Source: Pedobacter sp.
GTDB taxonomy: Bacteria > Desulfobacterota > Desulfuromonadia > Desulfuromonadales > Syntrophotaleaceae
Length of the DNA stretch: 64,000 nt
Direction of reading: 5' to 3'
NCBI GenBank assembly: GCA_050253415.1
Contig: JBFWJC010000002.1
Span: 160,001 to 224,000 of the forward strand
In this document: positions 59,021 through 64,000 of the stretch, one piece after another
Layout of the letters: the number at the start of each line of letters is the position of its first letter
Numbering within the stretch: position 1 is the stretch's first letter
Position numbers and translations under genes: made by a program
Notes under the pieces: model-generated
What the model was told of the DNA's origin: nothing
The model's database searches: none
Seen by the model: only the letters and a program-made list of their open reading frames with translations

Positions 59021-60144
59021 GTCTGCCTCTCAACCTGATCCTCAAGCTGACCCGTGCCTGTTCATTGCGTTGCAGTTACTGTCATGACCGGGTGGCTCAA
59101 TCCGATGCGATGCCCTTTGAAGTGATGGCCCTGGCCATGGCTCGGGCCTTTGCCAGTGGTTACCGCGATTTTCGGTTTATCTGGCATGGGGGAGAGCCTC
59201 TGCTCGGTGGGCTGAGTCCGCTGCGCAAGGCGTTGGTTGTTCAACAGGAGCTGGCCGGTGCCGGTCAGCGGTATCAGAACAACCTGCAGACCAACGGGAT
59301 GCATTTGAACAAGGAGACGGCGCAGTTTCTCGGCGAGTTCGGCTTTCGGGTCGGCATCAGTCTCGATGGACCGGCGGCGGTACACGATGTGCAGCGTCCC
59401 ACCGTTGATGGCAAGCCCAGCCATCTGCGCATTCTCAAAGGGATCGATCGCTTGCGTCATCATGAGGTGCCGTTTGGCGTGATTTCGGTCCTGACTGAGC
59501 GCAGTCTGGCTATTGCTCCGATGGAATTGTTGCGGTTTTATCGGGACCACGAACTGTTCGATGTGTGTTTTTTGCCGGTGCGCGGCAATGCCCGGGCGAA
59601 GGGGCAAACCCTGGCTGCCGGCCGTTATTATGCGTATATGATGCAGCTGTTCGATGCCTGGCTCGAATTGGACGATCCCCGTATGCGGGTGCGGGAGTTT
59701 GGGGACTGGCTGCTGCTGTCCATGGGGTGGCCCGGTTCCCTATGCAGCTCTGCCGCAAGTTGCGTTGGCGGTACATTGAGTGTCGAACCGGAAGGAACGG
59801 TGTACCATTGTGACAAGTATGCCGGTGAGCCCGACTACTATTACGGCCAGCTGCAGGAACTCGATTTTGATCAGCTGCCCCATTCTGCAACCGCCTGTCG
59901 ATTGCGGGCCAAGGATATGGACCTGCCGTCGGTGTGCCTGGCTTGTGATTGGCTGAAGCATTGCGCCGGGGGCTGCAGCCATGATCGCCTGGTTGAAGGG
60001 CGGCACGGCCTGGCGGCCGACATCTGCCATCGCCAGAATCTGCTCGATCATGTCCGCTTGCGGACGGCGGAGCACCCTGCCGTTCGTAAATATGTCGCCA
60101 TGGCCGCCCAACAGGCCGAAACGCCTGACTGGGCTCCTTGTTGA
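59017..60144 (+). CDS. Radical SAM/SPASM maturase (anSME-like)
   Basis: CSLRCSYC, WHGGEPLL, QTNG, ISLDGP, SPASM cysteines C..C.....C.GGC. Confidence 0.9.
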   Translation: MSLPLNLILKLTRACSLRCSYCHDRVAQSDAMPFEVMALAMARAFASGYRDFRFIWHGGEPLLGGLSPLRKALVVQQELAGAGQRYQNNLQTNGMHLNKETAQFLGEFGFRVGISLDGPAAVHDVQRPTVDGKPSHLRILKGIDRLRHHEVPFGVISVLTERSLAIAPMELLRFYRDHELFDVCFLPVRGNARAKGQTLAAGRYYAYMMQLFDAWLELDDPRMRVREFGDWLLLSMGWPGSLCSSAASCVGGTLSVEPEGTVYHCDKYAGEPDYYYGQLQELDFDQLPHSATACRLRAKDMDLPSVCLACDWLKHCAGGCSHDRLVEGRHGLAADICHRQNLLDHVRLRTAEHPAVRKYVAMAAQQAETPDWAPC

Positions 60145-60275
60145 TGTTTGTCATGCCTGCTTACGCAGCATAAACAGTAAATGGGTTTCGCCGCTTCACT
60201 GCTCGCAACATTGATCGTCTGCATAACAATCAAAAAGGGCCGCAACATGATGTTGCGGCCCTTTTATTTGCGGCA

Positions 60276-60668
60276 TCACTCCTTGGAGGTTGTTTCCCAG
60301 CGGACAAAAGGTTCGATCGTGTATTTTTCCTTTTGAACCTCCGGTTCTTTGGTGCTGGGCCACCAGTGAAAAACATGCAGACCTGTCTGATCGATGGGAT
60401 TGGAAGACAGGGTGCTCTGGTCGGTAAGGTCCATCGATTCATAACGCATCAACACCGGTTTGTCCGGGAAATGGTCGATTTCGATGATGTCGTCGAGATA
60501 GATCTCGTCGATGTCGTCAAAGGCATGGGTGCCGTTGCGGATCGCCATGATCTTATCGCGCATGGCCTTTACCGCTTTGTCTGTATTGTCAGCGGAAAGG
60601 AGCATGGTGAAGTAACCGTGTTTTTTATGATGATTTTCGTCGAAGGTAAAATGGGCCATGTATCTCAT
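60276..60668 (-). CDS. Hypothetical protein
   Basis: RBS GGAGG; hairpin terminator downstream. Confidence 0.65.
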   Translation of the reverse strand: MRYMAHFTFDENHHKKHGYFTMLLSADNTDKAVKAMRDKIMAIRNGTHAFDDIDEIYLDDIIEIDHFPDKPVLMRYESMDLTDQSTLSSNPIDQTGLHVFHWWPSTKEPEVQKEKYTIEPFVRWETTSKE

Positions 60669-60897
60669 ATCTTAACCTCCTTGTAACGCGGTGCTTCTTG
60701 CAGATCGGAAGCTTCAAGTTTGCGTATGTGCATATTTTACCGCAAACGACCGATGCAAGGGAAGCTGGCGAGAACGCGCGCGGCCCCGTTATAGCGCCAG
60801 GGCACTGGTCAGCGGCGCTAAAGCGGTTAAAATTAAAACCATCAAGCGATTTTTCGTGGCAATTCACTCTGTTCTGACCTTATTCAAGAGGTAGCTG

Positions 60898-62190
60898 ATG
60901 AATATCCTGATGGTCACCAACACCTTTACTCCTCATGTCGGCGGCGTGGCGCGCAGCGTGCAAAGTTATTGCGATGCCTTTCGCCAGCTTGGCCACAGGG
61001 TGCTGGTTATTGCGCCGCATTTTGAAGGCGCGCCTGACCACGAACCGGATGTGCTGCGTTTTCCGGCTATTGAGCACTTTCATCGAAGTGATTTTTCCGT
61101 GCCGTTGCCGGCCCCGGTCGGTTTGCAGCGCAGGCTTGACGAATTCGCCCCCGACATCGTTCACTCCCATCACCCTTTTCTGCTGGGCGATACGGCACTG
61201 CGTACCGCGGCACAACGGCAGCTGCCGATGTTGTTCACCCATCACACCATGTACGAGCGCTACACCCACTATCTGCCCATCGATTCGGAGCGGGTGCGGC
61301 GTTTTGCCATCGAATTGGCGGCCGGCTACTGCAATTTGTGCGATGCGGTGGTGGCGCCAAGCACTACCCTGGCCGACTGTTTGCGGTCCCGCGGGGTGCA
61401 GAGCCCTATCGAGGTCATCCCCACCGGCATCGATCCGCAACCGTTTGCACAGGCCGATGGCCCGGCTTTCCGGCGCAAGCTGGGTATCCCCGAAGAGGCC
61501 TTTTTGATCGGTTATCTTGGGCGGTTGTCGCCGGAGAAGAATCTTGCCTTTCTGGCCCGGGCGGTTGCCGGGTTTATGCAGCAACACCCCGGCACCCGGA
61601 TGTTGCTGGTCGGTGAAGGGCCTGCGAAGGATGATGTCCAAAGCATTTTCAGCGAATATCAGTTGTCCGATCGCCTGCATCTGGTCGGGCTTCTCGATCG
61701 CCCCGAACTCGCATCGGCCTACCGGGCCATGGATGGGTTCGTCTTCGCCTCGCAAAGCGAAACCCAGGGTATGGTACTGGCGGAGGCGATGGCGGCCGGT
61801 ACGCCGGTGATCGCCGTGGCAGCTCCGGGGGTGCGTGATATCGTGCGGGATGGGCATAACGGACGCCTGCTGGCCAAAGAAAAAACCGATGCGTTCATTG
61901 AGGCATTGCAGTGGTTGTTCGAACTGTCGTGCGAAGACCGGCAGCGCCTGCAAGCAGGGGCGTTGGAGACTTCCAGGGATTTCAGTATGTCCCGCAGTGC
62001 GGATCGCATGCTGGCTCTGTATCAGCGCCTGATATCCGGACATAACAAAGTGCCGTCTAATCACACACGCTGGCTGGCGGCGCGCCATCGCATGGAAGAG
62101 GAATGCAAAATTCTGCACAATATCACCCACGCACTGGCGGAAGCGCTGCGCGCCGAACCGGGATTGCAACCACGGGACAACAGGGAGTGA
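60898..62190 (+). CDS. GT4 glycosyltransferase
   Basis: P.VGGVARS, HSHHPF, GRLSPEKN, ETQGMVLAEAMAAG. Confidence 0.9.
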   Translation: MNILMVTNTFTPHVGGVARSVQSYCDAFRQLGHRVLVIAPHFEGAPDHEPDVLRFPAIEHFHRSDFSVPLPAPVGLQRRLDEFAPDIVHSHHPFLLGDTALRTAAQRQLPMLFTHHTMYERYTHYLPIDSERVRRFAIELAAGYCNLCDAVVAPSTTLADCLRSRGVQSPIEVIPTGIDPQPFAQADGPAFRRKLGIPEEAFLIGYLGRLSPEKNLAFLARAVAGFMQQHPGTRMLLVGEGPAKDDVQSIFSEYQLSDRLHLVGLLDRPELASAYRAMDGFVFASQSETQGMVLAEAMAAGTPVIAVAAPGVRDIVRDGHNGRLLAKEKTDAFIEALQWLFELSCEDRQRLQAGALETSRDFSMSRSADRMLALYQRLISGHNKVPSNHTRWLAARHRMEEECKILHNITHALAEALRAEPGLQPRDNRE

Positions 62191-62852
62191 GCCCCCGCCG
62201 TTCAGAGTCCGTCCCATGGCGCGCCCGTCTGTTGGGTGCCATCGGCGCTTTCGTGTTGCGGTTGTGGTGTGCGTCGTGGCGCAAGCGGCTTGTCGGAGTC
62301 GAGCATCTCGATGCCTGTATCGCTGCCGGTCAGCATACCCTGGTGCTGTGCTGGCACGGTACTTATGTACCGCTGTTTACCTTGTTGCGCGGTCGGTCGG
62401 CTTGCATTCTTACCAACAGATCCCTGCGCGGCCAGGTTATTGCGCAGATCAGCCGCCGGTTTGGCTACGCCGCTCTGGGATTACCCGATGAGCAGGGGCG
62501 GCGGTTTCTGGCGGCCTTGCGGCAGGCCTTGGATGAACATACCACCTGGGGCACCGCGGCCGACGGTCCGTTGGGTCCCTGCCATCAGGTCAAACCGCCG
62601 CTGGTAAGTCTGGCGGCGCATTTCGGGTTTTCCGTGCAGTTGGTCGGGGTGGCGGCGCGCCATGCCTGGCGCATACATAGCCGTTGGGATCGCATGCTGT
62701 TGCCGTTGCCTTTTACCCGGGTCGGTATGGTTCTCAGCGAGCCGATCCGGTTGCCATCCACCATGGATAGAAGCATGGCGGCCCGGCAGGCTGAAACCCT
62801 GCAAAACATCATGCAGCAATGCACCATGGCTGCCCAGGATTTGATACGATAA
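62187..62852 (+). CDS. DUF374 / lysophospholipid acyltransferase-family protein
   Basis: CWHG, ADGPLGP, SRWDRMLLPLPF. Confidence 0.75.
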   Translation: MSPRRSESVPWRARLLGAIGAFVLRLWCASWRKRLVGVEHLDACIAAGQHTLVLCWHGTYVPLFTLLRGRSACILTNRSLRGQVIAQISRRFGYAALGLPDEQGRRFLAALRQALDEHTTWGTAADGPLGPCHQVKPPLVSLAAHFGFSVQLVGVAARHAWRIHSRWDRMLLPLPFTRVGMVLSEPIRLPSTMDRSMAARQAETLQNIMQQCTMAAQDLIR

Positions 62853-62892
62853 AGGCGTTGCACCCCATCAAACGTAGTGCCGAGGAGGCCTT

Positions 62893-64000
62893 ATGAAACA
62901 ACCCAGTACGATAAGCGAATACCTCATCAGCCGCCTGATTGATTATGGAGTCGGCCATGTCTTTGGCGTACCCGGCGATTATGTGCTGCAGTTTTACCAA
63001 CAACTGGAAAACAGTCCCCTGCGCGTCATCAACACTTGTGATGAGCAGGGTGCCGGTTTTGCGGCCGACGCCTATGCCCGACTGCGCGGTCTCGGCGTGG
63101 TCTGCATTACCTACTGCGTCGGCGGGCTCAAGATCGCCAATACCACCGCTCAGGCCTTTGCCGAGAAGTCGCCGCTGGTGGTGATCAGTGGTTCTCCGGG
63201 CTTGGGCGAGCGCCACCACAATCCGCTGTTGCACCATAAAGTGCGCGATTTCGACACCCAGCTCAACATCTTCCGGCATCTTACCGTGGCCGCCACCGAT
63301 CTGATCGATGTCGAAAATGCCTGCTGCGAGATCGACCGGGTACTGGCCGCCGCGGTTCGTCACAAACGACCGGTTTATATCGAGCTGCCCCGCGATCTGA
63401 CCGGGATCGTTTGCAGTTGTGCCCGCAACCCGCTGCCCCAGGCTTCGGGCAGCGATCCCCATGCCCTGCGGGAGGCGCTCGCCGAAGCGGTGCACAGGAT
63501 CAGCGATGCGAAGCGCCCGGTGCTTGTCGCCGGGGTTGAAATTCAACGCTTCGGTCTGCAAAAACCTTTCATGCAGCTGGTGGAAGCTACCGGCATCCCG
63601 TTTGCCACCACCCCGTTGAGCAAGTCGACCCTGTCCGAGGACCATCCCCTGTTTGTCGGCGTCTACGAAGGGGCGGTCGGCAAGGAGCAGACGCGCCAGA
63701 TCGTGGAACAAAGCGATTGCCTGCTGATGCTCGGTGCGTTCATGACCGATGTCAACCTTGGGATCTTCACCGCCAATTTGGATCAGGCTTTGACTGTTTC
63801 CTCCTCCAGCGATGGCAGTTCCATCGCCTTCCACCAATATCCCGACGTTTTGCTGGATGATTTTCTGTCCGGCCTGCTCGACCAGGATTTGCCGCAAAGG
63901 GCTCTGACTGTCAGTGAAACACCTGCAACGCCGCCAGCATTTGAGGCGCAGGATAAGCCCATCACCATTGCCCGCCTGTTCGAATATCTGGAAAGTTTCC
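62893..64000 (+). CDS. TPP-dependent alpha-keto-acid (indolepyruvate/pyruvate) decarboxylase, partial
   Basis: Translated by eye: GVGHVFGVPGDYVL, CDEQGAGFAADAYAR, AFAEKSP; RBS GAGGAGG; runs off the window end. Confidence 0.9.
   Translation, partial: MKQPSTISEYLISRLIDYGVGHVFGVPGDYVLQFYQQLENSPLRVINTCDEQGAGFAADAYARLRGLGVVCITYCVGGLKIANTTAQAFAEKSPLVVISGSPGLGERHHNPLLHHKVRDFDTQLNIFRHLTVAATDLIDVENACCEIDRVLAAAVRHKRPVYIELPRDLTGIVCSCARNPLPQASGSDPHALREALAEAVHRISDAKRPVLVAGVEIQRFGLQKPFMQLVEATGIPFATTPLSKSTLSEDHPLFVGVYEGAVGKEQTRQIVEQSDCLLMLGAFMTDVNLGIFTANLDQALTVSSSSDGSSIAFHQYPDVLLDDFLSGLLDQDLPQRALTVSETPATPPAFEAQDKPITIARLFEYLESF

Overview
The window holds a complete-looking ~41.1 kb lambda-like (siphovirus-type) prophage integrated in a tRNA-Asn(GTT) gene (attL 724-749, attR 41828-41853). 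It is followed by host DNA: a GGDEF/EAL protein, glmU-glmS, SRAP, a thermonuclease, a sigma-54 activator, a radical SAM/SPASM pair, a glycosyltransferase and a TPP-dependent decarboxylase. The main finding is inside the prophage. Between the replication and packaging modules lies an array of eight integron-type gene cassettes (14894-18244), each with an attC-like hairpin and matching terminal R boxes. A ninth solitary cassette (21301-22188) sits next to the terminase. I found no integron integrase in the window; the phage integrase is a serine recombinase. The attC sites read on the minus strand while every cassette gene reads on the plus strand with the phage transcript, and the cargo is phage-type (YopX, PAPS-reductase-like, NDT-like, radical SAM, Zn ribbons). 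This suggests a phage accessory-gene shuffling system that borrows a host IntI in trans. The phage also carries a near-identical copy of the host tRNA promoter to rebuild the target gene. A lambda-like cos candidate lies about 10 kb upstream of the terminase genes. All protein calls are from motif recognition by eye; no database search was run.
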